Of a stretch of DNA of 64,000 bases, positions 22,361 to 30,729 are shown piece after piece. The first letter of the stretch is position 1, and every line of letters starts with the position of its first letter. The notes below the pieces were generated by a model. It saw only the letters and a list, made by a program, of their open reading frames with translations. It was not told the DNA's origin and searched no databases. Source of the stretch: Nostoc sp. DedSLP01 (GTDB taxonomy: Bacteria; Cyanobacteriota; Cyanobacteriia; Cyanobacteriales; Nostocaceae); the NCBI GenBank assembly GCA_034530875.2, contig JAVRCJ020000022.1, positions 1-64,000 on the forward strand. Direction: 5' to 3'. A program made the position numbers and the translations under genes.

Positions 22361-23341
22361 TTAGTGGGCAACTTCTGTAAAAACACCAATTTTGCGGAAT
22401 TTTTCGTAGCGCAGTTGGCGACGTTCTGGAGCAGTTAAACGGTTGAGTTCCTCCAAATTTTCCAACAGCACTTGCTTGAGAGTGGTAGCCGCTTGCAAGG
22501 GGTCGGAATGAGCGCCACCGATAGGTTCAGGTAGTATGCGATCGATAATTCCCAAATTTTTCAGGTCGTGGGAAATGATTTTCAGAGCGACGGCAGCTTG
22601 CGGAGCTTTAGCAGCATCTTTCCACAAAATGGCGGCACAGGCTTCGGGGGTAGCAACGGTATAAACTGAGTGTTCAAACATCAATAGCCGATCGCCAACG
22701 CCGATACCGAGTGCGCCACCGGAACCGCCTTCACCAATGACTGTGCAGACAATTGGCACATCTAGGCAAAACATCTGCCGCAAGTTATAAGCGATCGCTT
22801 CTCCTTGACCTTGGTGTTCGGCTTCTACTCCAGACCAAGCTCCTGGCGTGTCGATAAAAGTTAAAATCGGCATCCCAAACTTATTGGCGTGTTCCATCAA
22901 GCGCAAAGCTTTGCGGTAGCCGCCAGGGTAAGGCATACCAAAGTTACGGGCGATATTGTCTTTGGTATCGCGGCCTTTTTGATGGCCTAACATGACCACG
23001 GGTTGTCCGCCCAGACGCCCGACACCACCCACTAAAGCTGGATCGTCACCACCACAGCGATCGCCATGCAACTCCATCCATTCATCGCTGATAGCCTGAA
23101 TGTAATCAAGAGTACTGGGACGGCGCGGATGACGAGCGACTTGCAATCGCTGGGATGGGGATAAACTGCTAAAAATTTCCTCACGCAGTTGCATAGCGCG
23201 TGTTTCTAGTTGACGAATTTGACCAGAAACATCGACGCCATTTTCTTCAGCAAGTTGCCGAATTTGATCGATTCGGGTTGCCAATTCAGCAAGAGGCTTT
23301 TCAAAATCCAACAGTAGCGGTTTACGTTCAGTAGTTGCCAT
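22361..23341 (-). CDS. accA: Acetyl-CoA carboxylase carboxyltransferase alpha
   Basis: [23 protein letters not shown] and [10 protein letters not shown] motifs. Confidence 0.97.
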   Translation of the reverse strand: MATTERKPLLLDFEKPLAELATRIDQIRQLAEENGVDVSGQIRQLETRAMQLREEIFSSLSPSQRLQVARHPRRPSTLDYIQAISDEWMELHGDRCGGDDPALVGGVGRLGGQPVVMLGHQKGRDTKDNIARNFGMPYPGGYRKALRLMEHANKFGMPILTFIDTPGAWSGVEAEHQGQGEAIAYNLRQMFCLDVPIVCTVIGEGGSGGALGIGVGDRLLMFEHSVYTVATPEACAAILWKDAAKAPQAAVALKIISHDLKNLGIIDRILPEPIGGAHSDPLQAATTLKQVLLENLEELNRLTAPERRQLRYEKFRKIGVFTEVAH

Positions 23342-23560
23342 CGTTAGGAGTTATCAGTTAAGAACTATCTATTTTTGTTGTCAGTTGTCATTAGTCTTTT
23401 GCCCAAACCAAATGACTAATGACTAAGCGCAAAGTCGAGCCACTGCGTTCCTGTCGCCTTGCGTCGGAAAGCAAGTGGCGTTGAGCGGAGGTTTCCTCCG
23501 ATGCCTGCGGCAACGCCAAGGGCGAACGGAACTTTGTAAGAGAAGACTAATGACTAATGA

Positions 23561-24580
23561 CTAAACCAACAAAGGTCTAAATCCATGTTTCACCGACACC
23601 CGACCAATCTGCTCCATTTTGTCTACGGTAATCTGATTTCGTCCCCACGAAAAGTTCGTGTACAACTTCTCAAATTCCAACAACATCGATTCGGCAAAAC
23701 AAGCAAACAACTGGCGTGCTGGCACATCCATATTGACGATTTTCATGATTTTCCAGTCAATATCTAGAGAATGCTCAACTATTCCACCATTTAACACGTA
23801 TACATCTGGATGCTGAATTTTTGTTGCTAAATTTTTAGGATAACCACCATCAATCAACAAACACGGTCGTTTCAAAACGGTAGGATCGATTTCTACGCCT
23901 TTGGGCATACTAGCAACCCAAACTACGATATCAGCTTCAGGCAGGGCTTCACTCAAACTCATGACTTTTCCTCGTCCGAGTTCGCCTTGTAATTCTTTAA
24001 GACGCTCTTGGTCGCGGGCTATCAGCAGAAGTTCTCGGACATCTGTTTTTGCATCTAGCCAGCGTGTTACTGCACTGCCAATATCGCCTGTTGCACCACA
24101 GACAGCGACTGTTGCTTTTGAAAGTTCGATTCCTAACTGTTTTGATGCTTCTTCTACCTGCCGACTAATGATATAGGCAGTATGGGTATTTCCTGTAGTG
24201 AAGCGTTCAAACTCTAGTTTGATGTTGCGGACTTGGCTAAACTGTTCCAACTTAAAATTTTCAAAAATAATCGAGGAAAATCCGCCTAAAGCCGTAATAT
24301 TAATGCCATGTTTCTGGGCGTGTGCCATTGCGTTAAGCACTTTGCGCGTTGCTGCTTTGATGCGACGGGTAGCTAGCATCTCTGGCAAAAAGCAAGATTC
24401 TACATAGCGTCCTTCAATTTTTTGTCCAGTGATGCTGGTAACAGTGATATTATCGACAATTTGTGGCGGAGCGCTACACCAAAAGTCTAGCCCTTGATCG
24501 GCATATTCTGGGTATCCCAATTCTTGAGCTACCGCTTGAGCGTGTTCTAAACTAGTCAGATGTCCAATTAGACCAAACAT
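23561..24580 (-). CDS. aar: Long-chain acyl-ACP reductase (alkane pathway)
   Basis: [15 protein letters not shown] start, [14 protein letters not shown]; lies between ado and accA. Confidence 0.96.
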   Translation of the reverse strand: MFGLIGHLTSLEHAQAVAQELGYPEYADQGLDFWCSAPPQIVDNITVTSITGQKIEGRYVESCFLPEMLATRRIKAATRKVLNAMAHAQKHGINITALGGFSSIIFENFKLEQFSQVRNIKLEFERFTTGNTHTAYIISRQVEEASKQLGIELSKATVAVCGATGDIGSAVTRWLDAKTDVRELLLIARDQERLKELQGELGRGKVMSLSEALPEADIVVWVASMPKGVEIDPTVLKRPCLLIDGGYPKNLATKIQHPDVYVLNGGIVEHSLDIDWKIMKIVNMDVPARQLFACFAESMLLEFEKLYTNFSWGRNQITVDKMEQIGRVSVKHGFRPLLV

Positions 24581-24635
24581 GTAATGATTATTAGCCTTGT
24601 GCTGTCTTGAGCGCGTGGAATTTAATTAGAAGTTG

Positions 24636-24723
24636 GGAGTAGGAGACGCGATGAATCGCGTCTGTACAAGATTTAGGAGTAGGTAGAGACGCGATAAATC
24701 GCGTCTGTGCAAGATTTAGGAGT
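24636..24723. repeat. Two tandem copies of the short palindromic repeat AGACGCGATxxATCGCGTCT
   Basis: agacgcgatgaatcgcgtct and agacgcgataaatcgcgtct, each followed by gt(a/g)caagatttaggagt. Confidence 0.85.
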
Positions 24724-24768
24724 TTAATTCTAAATTCTTGGCTAAATTATTCTTCACTCCTAATTTTT

Positions 24769-25467
24769 TTAAGCTGCTTTGAGTCCGTGGGCTGACAAAC
24801 GCATAATCTCGAAAGTTTTGAAACCGATGTTACTTAATGCTTCACCGTACTGAATCATAAAGTCTTCTACTAAAGCTTCTTTTTCCATCGCTAAAGTTCT
24901 GGCATCATCTGCTACTTGGTTGAGCATTTTCCATACAAGTGGCAGGTTTTGGCGATTTGCTTCTTCTAATTCGGCTTTAGATTCGGCAAAGTTTTCTTTG
25001 AGCCAAACTTCTCCAAAATTAAGATGACTATATTCATCTTTGACTACGCTTTCAGTAATTTTACGGGCAAAGTCATCAGCGACGGGGATGTAAATGTTGT
25101 ATGCAGCGATCGCAAAACATTCGATAATCAAAGACTGAATCAATAAACAAGTGACGACTTTGCCTTGGGCAGCAGCTGTTTGGAAGTTTTGGTGCAGTCC
25201 AGAGAAAAATTCTTTGGCAAATTGCAAATCTGGTATAACTTCCAAATTGCGTCCACAAGCTTCAAATCCTTTCTTGTGGCGGCTTTCCATTTTCGAGAGA
25301 CGAATCAGTTCTTGTTCGGATTCTGGCAGCAGTTTGGCGAGTTGCAGGTAATTTTCATGGGCTTCTTGTTCCCCTTCAATCACGATCGCATTAATCCGGC
25401 TATAGGCGTCTTTGTATTTTTCGCTCCGGAAATCAATCTCTTTAAATTCGTCTGTCAGCTGCTGCAT
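24769..25467 (-). CDS. ado: Aldehyde-deformylating oxygenase
   Basis: [19 protein letters not shown]; diiron ExxH motifs (ESRH, EYSH); ECFAIAAYN. Confidence 0.97.
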   Translation of the reverse strand: MQQLTDEFKEIDFRSEKYKDAYSRINAIVIEGEQEAHENYLQLAKLLPESEQELIRLSKMESRHKKGFEACGRNLEVIPDLQFAKEFFSGLHQNFQTAAAQGKVVTCLLIQSLIIECFAIAAYNIYIPVADDFARKITESVVKDEYSHLNFGEVWLKENFAESKAELEEANRQNLPLVWKMLNQVADDARTLAMEKEALVEDFMIQYGEALSNIGFKTFEIMRLSAHGLKAA

Positions 25468-25642
25468 GGTATGTTTTCTCCTGTAAAGAAAGAATTATTT
25501 GAAACCAGGAATCAATTTACCCTATGAACAGAGGGTAATAATCATTGTGGTTTAATTTAACTTAACAACTATGTATATAGATTAGCTTTTGCTGGGGTCG
25601 ATGCTCTAGTACCAGAGAAACAAATGCTTTGCCGCGCAACTC

Positions 25643-26470
25643 ATGCCTAAACTCAACTGGAATTTCAAATCTGGCGATTTAATCAGCCTAGTAATCTTAC
25701 TGCTAGGAGCTTTCATCGTTTTATTGCCACTGTTTGTAGTCTTTCTCACCTCCTTTGCACCGACAATTGCAAGTGTAGATGATTCGTCGAAAAATCATTG
25801 GTCTTTAGCTAATTATCAAGCTGCATGGCAGCAAGGTAAATTTTTGCTGGCATTTGCTAATTCTACCTTGGTAGCGATCGCTGTGACGGCGTTGCAGATT
25901 GTCACTTCTGCTTTGGCTGGTTACGCCCTCGCACGGCTAAAGTTTCGCGGACGTCAAGCACTGCTGTTGGTTGTCTTGGCAACTTTGGTGATTCCCTTTC
26001 AATTGTTGGTAATTCCGATTTTTTTGGTATTAAAGTGGGGACACCTGATAAATACTTATGGTGCGCTGATTTTACCCACTGCGGTTAATGGCTTTGGTAT
26101 TTTCTTATTGCGTCAATATTTCCAAACAATTCCCCTAGAGTTAGAAGAAGCCGCAGCCATAGATGGGGCGAACCGACTGCAAATTTTGTGGCGAGTGATG
26201 TTACCTTTAGCCCGTCCAGCTTTAGTAACACTATTTTTGTTTACCTTCATCGGCGAATGGAATGATTTGTTTAAGCCTTTGGTGTTTACCACAAGGCCGG
26301 AATTAAGGACGGTGCAGTTGGCTTTGGCTGAGTTTCAGGAACAATTTACGAATAATTGGCCTTTGATGATGGCAGCAGTAACAATAGCGACAGTTCCAGT
26401 CATGGTACTATTTTTGATTGGTCAACGTCAGTTTATTCGCGGTATTGCCACCACAGGAATTAAGAATTGA
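25643..26470 (+). CDS. Carbohydrate ABC transporter permease
   Basis: EAA motif (ELEEAAAIDGA), several TM helices, WNDL. Confidence 0.92.
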   Translation: MPKLNWNFKSGDLISLVILLLGAFIVLLPLFVVFLTSFAPTIASVDDSSKNHWSLANYQAAWQQGKFLLAFANSTLVAIAVTALQIVTSALAGYALARLKFRGRQALLLVVLATLVIPFQLLVIPIFLVLKWGHLINTYGALILPTAVNGFGIFLLRQYFQTIPLELEEAAAIDGANRLQILWRVMLPLARPALVTLFLFTFIGEWNDLFKPLVFTTRPELRTVQLALAEFQEQFTNNWPLMMAAVTIATVPVMVLFLIGQRQFIRGIATTGIKN

Positions 26471-26667
26471 TATGCATTGTTTCTAAATTTACATCCATCT
26501 GAAAAGCCTCGCTTCTATCCCACTTTTTTAGAAGGGTAAAGTTTCTGAATTTTCTTTTCTAGTAGGAAAGGTAGGTATGTTTAACCTTAAATTTTTGGTA
26601 TCTCTTGAAATTCTTATTCCTTACTCCTGTTAAGACGCTATTAATCGCGTTTCTAGTCATTCTCCAA

Positions 26668-26773
26668 CATCAATACTTAAATAGAAATCCGGAAGAAAAA
26701 TGTCAACTTTTATTACACATTGCGTAATTCTTACCAGGCAGGTTGAAGCAATAATTATCCATAGTCCGTAAGG
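26668..26773 (+). promoter_or_regulatory. Upstream region of module 1, homologous to 29843-29947; contains GTAATTCTTAC and TCCGGA
   Basis: Manual alignment of the two non-coding blocks (catcaat.ctt, gaaatcc, tgcgtaatt.ttac.ag, tgaag, attat). Confidence 0.6.
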
Positions 26774-26786
26774 AACCCACACACTC

Positions 26787-27113
26787 ATGAATTCACAATC
26801 AATCCTAGACCCTCAAACATTAGAGCAGTTACAAAACGAGATACAAGCAAAATTTGATGAAACCCTAAAAAACGCTGACTTCAACTCCCTACTTGAAAAG
26901 TACGGCATATTAGAAGATAGAGTTTTGAGAGTTTATTGGCAGTTTAATCTTGACCCCAATCAACTCAAATCTGATGATGCAGTTGAGGAACAGCAACCCA
27001 ATGCATTATTGGCAGCAACGGCAACATCTGTAAGACCAGAGATTGTATTAGTTAAAAAAGCATGGTGTATTCCTTGCCCTTCAACTGGCAGTTCTTTAGG
27101 CTGTAACTGCTAA
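26787..27113 (+). CDS. Small protein with conserved leader-like N-terminus and 4-Cys C-terminal tail (paralog 1)
   Basis: Paralog of 30081-30368 (TLEQLQNEI, LEKYG, IVL shared); SD-like taagga upstream; ends WCIPCPSTGSSLGCNC. Confidence 0.8.
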   Translation: MNSQSILDPQTLEQLQNEIQAKFDETLKNADFNSLLEKYGILEDRVLRVYWQFNLDPNQLKSDDAVEEQQPNALLAATATSVRPEIVLVKKAWCIPCPSTGSSLGCNC

Positions 27114-27192
27114 ATAATTTAAAAGTTTAGTTTTTGTTGTGTAAAAAGTTTATCCTAGTCAGTGACTCTGATGTTTTGAGTGCTAGTTTGCA

Positions 27193-29655
27193 ATGTCTCA
27201 AAATCGAAGCAGTTGGTACTGGGACTTAGGAATAGTGAGTACTCTAGCGATCGCTGGAGTACTCGCTTGCTCTGAGGGTTTTGCTTTAGCCCAAGTTCAA
27301 AAGGATGACAGCCTGGGAATTGAAAGTTCCACCGTCACGCCAAAGTTAATTGATGGTCAGCCTACAGACCAGATTGATGGCGGAGCAATTCGCAATCAAA
27401 ACTTGTTCCACAGCTTTGACAAGTTTTCTGTCTTTAAGGGCAGAACAGCGTATTTTAACAATTCGATAGATATTCTGAATATTATCGCTAGAGTTACGGG
27501 AAATTCTGTTTCTCAGATAGATGGCATTATCAAAACTAACGGTAGTGCCAATTTATTTTTGATTAATCCCAACGGCATTATTTTTGGAGCAAATGCTTCT
27601 TTAAACATTAATGGTTCATTTGTAGCTAGTACGGCAAGTAGTTTAAATTTTGCTGATGGGATAAAGTTTAGTGCTACAGATCCTCAATCTGCACCTTTGC
27701 TGACAGTCAGCGTTCCCATTGGCTTACAATTTGGCACAACTGCTGCACCCATCCGCAATCAATCCCAGGCAAGTCCAAACGGTGCAGTTAACTTCTTTGA
27801 ACAAGGTGTTGGTTTACAGGTGCAGCCAGGTAAAACCTTGGCATTTATAGGCGGTGATATAACACTAGAGGGCGGAAATTTAACTGCCCAAGCCGGAAAA
27901 ATTGAGTTAGGAAGCGTTGCTCCTAATAGTTTGGTCAGCCTGAGTTCAACAAATCAAGGTTGGACATTCGGATATGAAGGTGTTAAAAATTTTCAAAATA
28001 TCGAACTCACCGATTCAAATGATATTTTCTCTACACTAGATACGAGTGGTGAAAGTGGCGGCGACATCCATCTACAAGGCAAACATGTGCTAGCAGATGG
28101 GACTTCGCAGATTTTAGCTATTACCTTGGGAGCGCAACCAGGAGGAGATCTGGTCGTGAACGCTTCCGAATCTGTAGAACTGGGAGAAAATAGCTTCTTG
28201 TCTGTTGGAAGTTTCGATAACGGAAATTCTGGAAGTATAAATATTACTACGAGTAAGTTCATTGCCAAGGATGGAGCGCAAGTATCCATCTACAGTGTTG
28301 GCTCCGGTCTGCCAGGGGAACTAACCATCAACGCGTCAAATTCAGTAGAACTAATCGGTGGCTTCCCTATTCCTCCGTTTCGAGATGGTACTGATGTAAT
28401 AAGCAGTGGATTATTTAGTGAAACTTATGGCGTTCAAAATGCCGGGAGTATAACAATTAACACTCCAAAGTTACGCATTGAGGGAGGGGCAAGAATATCA
28501 ACAAGTTCTGAAGGCATCTATCTATTTCGCCAGAACCAATTTATACCAGTGACAGGGAACGGCGGCAATTTGACAGTGAACGCCTCCGATTCTGTAGAAC
28601 TAATTGGAACCTCACCAAATGGTTCTAAGGTCAGTGGGTTGTTTTCTAGAACTCAAGGGCCTGGAGATGGGGGAAACTTAACGGTAACGACAGGGCAATT
28701 GATTGTTAAAAATGGGGCTGCAATAACTGTCAACAGCCAAGCTCGCAAGAATGTAATTTATATTCAGGGAGATCCAAAAGATTTAGGAAAAGCAGGGGAT
28801 TTAAATATAACTGCTAACTCTATCCTCCTGGACAATAAAGGAAAACTCACATCTAATAGTGAATCTGGTAAAGGCGGAAATATTGGGTTACAGGTGCGGG
28901 ACATATTATTGATGCGTGGCAAAAGTCAAATATCCACTAATGCCGGAGGCGATAAAACTGGCGGTAATATTACCATCAATGCACCAAATGGCTTCATCGT
29001 CGCCCCTATTTTTGGCAATAGCGATATCACTGCTAACGCCTTCTCTGGGCCTGGTGGTAAGATTGCGATCGCCACTAAAAACATCTTCGGATTTATCCCC
29101 CGCACCCGTACAGACGTAGAAAAATTAGATTCACAAGAAATAAACCCGAATAACTTACCAACAAATGACATCACAGCTTTTTCTCAACAAAATCCTTCCT
29201 TAGGTGGCACAGTACAAATTAACTCACCTGATGTTGACCCCAGTAAAGGATTAGTGCAACTACCCGTAAATCTAGTTGATGCTTCTCAGGAAATTGTTGC
29301 TGGTTGTGGCTCTAATGCGAAAATAGCCAGAAGTTCATTTACTAACACTGGGCGTGGAGGAACAGCAGCCGATCCTACAGAACTATTGATGTCTGATGCA
29401 ATTGTAGGAGATTGGATTCCACTAAATTTAGAAAGTGAGAATCGTGCTGAGGATAGCAACAAGAGAGTAGTTGTTAAGCAGCAGCGAAACACAGAATTAT
29501 CAGAAAAAGTGAATTCTGTCAATGAACCTACCCAAATTGTGGAAGCCCAAGGATGGGTAATGGATGCGAATGGTAACGTGGTTCTAGTTGCTCAAGTACC
29601 GACTGCAATACCCCATAGTTCCTTGCTGATGGCTGCATCTTGCGCTGCTAATTAA
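27193..29655 (+). CDS. Filamentous haemagglutinin N-terminal (TPS) domain exoprotein 1
   Basis: Signal peptide, NLFHSF, NIIARVTG and NLFLINPNGIIFG; Gly-rich beta-helix repeats; C-terminal DITA/TGRGG/IVEAQGW region. Confidence 0.92.
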   Translation: MSQNRSSWYWDLGIVSTLAIAGVLACSEGFALAQVQKDDSLGIESSTVTPKLIDGQPTDQIDGGAIRNQNLFHSFDKFSVFKGRTAYFNNSIDILNIIARVTGNSVSQIDGIIKTNGSANLFLINPNGIIFGANASLNINGSFVASTASSLNFADGIKFSATDPQSAPLLTVSVPIGLQFGTTAAPIRNQSQASPNGAVNFFEQGVGLQVQPGKTLAFIGGDITLEGGNLTAQAGKIELGSVAPNSLVSLSSTNQGWTFGYEGVKNFQNIELTDSNDIFSTLDTSGESGGDIHLQGKHVLADGTSQILAITLGAQPGGDLVVNASESVELGENSFLSVGSFDNGNSGSINITTSKFIAKDGAQVSIYSVGSGLPGELTINASNSVELIGGFPIPPFRDGTDVISSGLFSETYGVQNAGSITINTPKLRIEGGARISTSSEGIYLFRQNQFIPVTGNGGNLTVNASDSVELIGTSPNGSKVSGLFSRTQGPGDGGNLTVTTGQLIVKNGAAITVNSQARKNVIYIQGDPKDLGKAGDLNITANSILLDNKGKLTSNSESGKGGNIGLQVRDILLMRGKSQISTNAGGDKTGGNITINAPNGFIVAPIFGNSDITANAFSGPGGKIAIATKNIFGFIPRTRTDVEKLDSQEINPNNLPTNDITAFSQQNPSLGGTVQINSPDVDPSKGLVQLPVNLVDASQEIVAGCGSNAKIARSSFTNTGRGGTAADPTELLMSDAIVGDWIPLNLESENRAEDSNKRVVVKQQRNTELSEKVNSVNEPTQIVEAQGWVMDANGNVVLVAQVPTAIPHSSLLMAASCAAN

Positions 29656-29842
29656 AAATCGATTTTGTTGACTAACTTTTATTGAATCGCAACGTTAGCT
29701 AGCTGTAGCGCGTTGTAGATGTTGGTTGCTTGTTGGTTATGAGGGTGAGAGGAGCGATTCGCCCTTTTTACTTAACTCAGGTGTGGTGCGATCGCTGATT
29801 TGCTATGACTTTGTTGCATCAACAACAGTTGGCAACCAGATT

Positions 29843-29947
29843 CATCAATGCTTTAAGGAAATCCAATAAAAATATATAAAGTTTTGTTAAGCAGTGCGTA
29901 ATTATTACTAGCGAAGCTGAAGTCTTGATTATGAGAGTTCGCAAGAG
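29843..29947 (+). promoter_or_regulatory. Upstream region of module 2 with perfect palindrome GTAATTATTAC (29898-29908)
   Basis: Homologous to 26668-26773. Confidence 0.6.
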
Positions 29948-30080
29948 CTTTAGAAAGCTAATGCGATCGTTTTACTTTCAACTATGTATTATTAATTGCT
30001 TGGTTGCCCAAGTCATCTTAAATTAGTACACCACAAAATAAGTTCATACAGTTATATAATCTGCAAGGGAAGTAAAATTT

Positions 30081-30368
30081 ATGGAATCTCCAACTTCACA
30101 GCAAGTATCTCTAGATTCTCTAACTTTAGAGCAGTTACAAAATGAGATTCGGCAGGAAATCAGCGAGATAGTGCAGAGTTCAAGACTAAGTAAGGTACTA
30201 GAAAAGTATGGTCTTTCAAAAAAGAATGCTCTGAAAATTCAATGTAGTGTTAATCTAACTCAAGCTGAATTGAATGATGCAAAATGTTCATTTCTCGCTC
30301 ACGGCAAACAAATCGTATTAGCAACATGTTGCCTTGAAGGTGAAATTTGCGTCAAATGTAAGCCATAA
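30081..30368 (+). CDS. Small protein with conserved leader-like N-terminus and 4-Cys C-terminal tail (paralog 2)
   Basis: LDSLTLEQLQNEI...LEKYG...IVLATCCLEGEICVKCKP; SD-like aaggga upstream. Confidence 0.8.
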   Translation: MESPTSQQVSLDSLTLEQLQNEIRQEISEIVQSSRLSKVLEKYGLSKKNALKIQCSVNLTQAELNDAKCSFLAHGKQIVLATCCLEGEICVKCKP

Positions 30369-30729
30369 TATTTAACAATAATTATAGGTTGCATTTTGCT
30401 GTTGTTATATGCAACCTACCAAAATTTATGTTTTTTATTTTAGCTATATATCTTCAATTATATGGCACTTGTATTTTGATTTTTGCAAAAAGCTCAGTAC
30501 ACTTGAAAAATGCTCGTTATCTACTGGCTTACGGCAGCAAACAACTTCAAAAATCAATCAAAGCGAATTACTATAAATCCTATTCTCTTACTGACAGATT
30601 TTTATAAAACTACATTTTCATTAGGGTGATACAACCTTCATTGGCTAGTGAAGTCACATTTTTGAATGTAGATGAAGTTTGACCATTATTCATTAACTGG
30701 TAGTAGTTTTGAGTCCTGTAATACCCTGT

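Noticed and set aside
20486..25467. ado-aar-accA-SDR-folE as a novel pathway
   Set aside because: Well-known conserved cyanobacterial alkane cluster
30389..30607. 72-aa ORF between small protein 2 and FHA 2
   Set aside because: TTG start, AT-rich, and no counterpart in module 1
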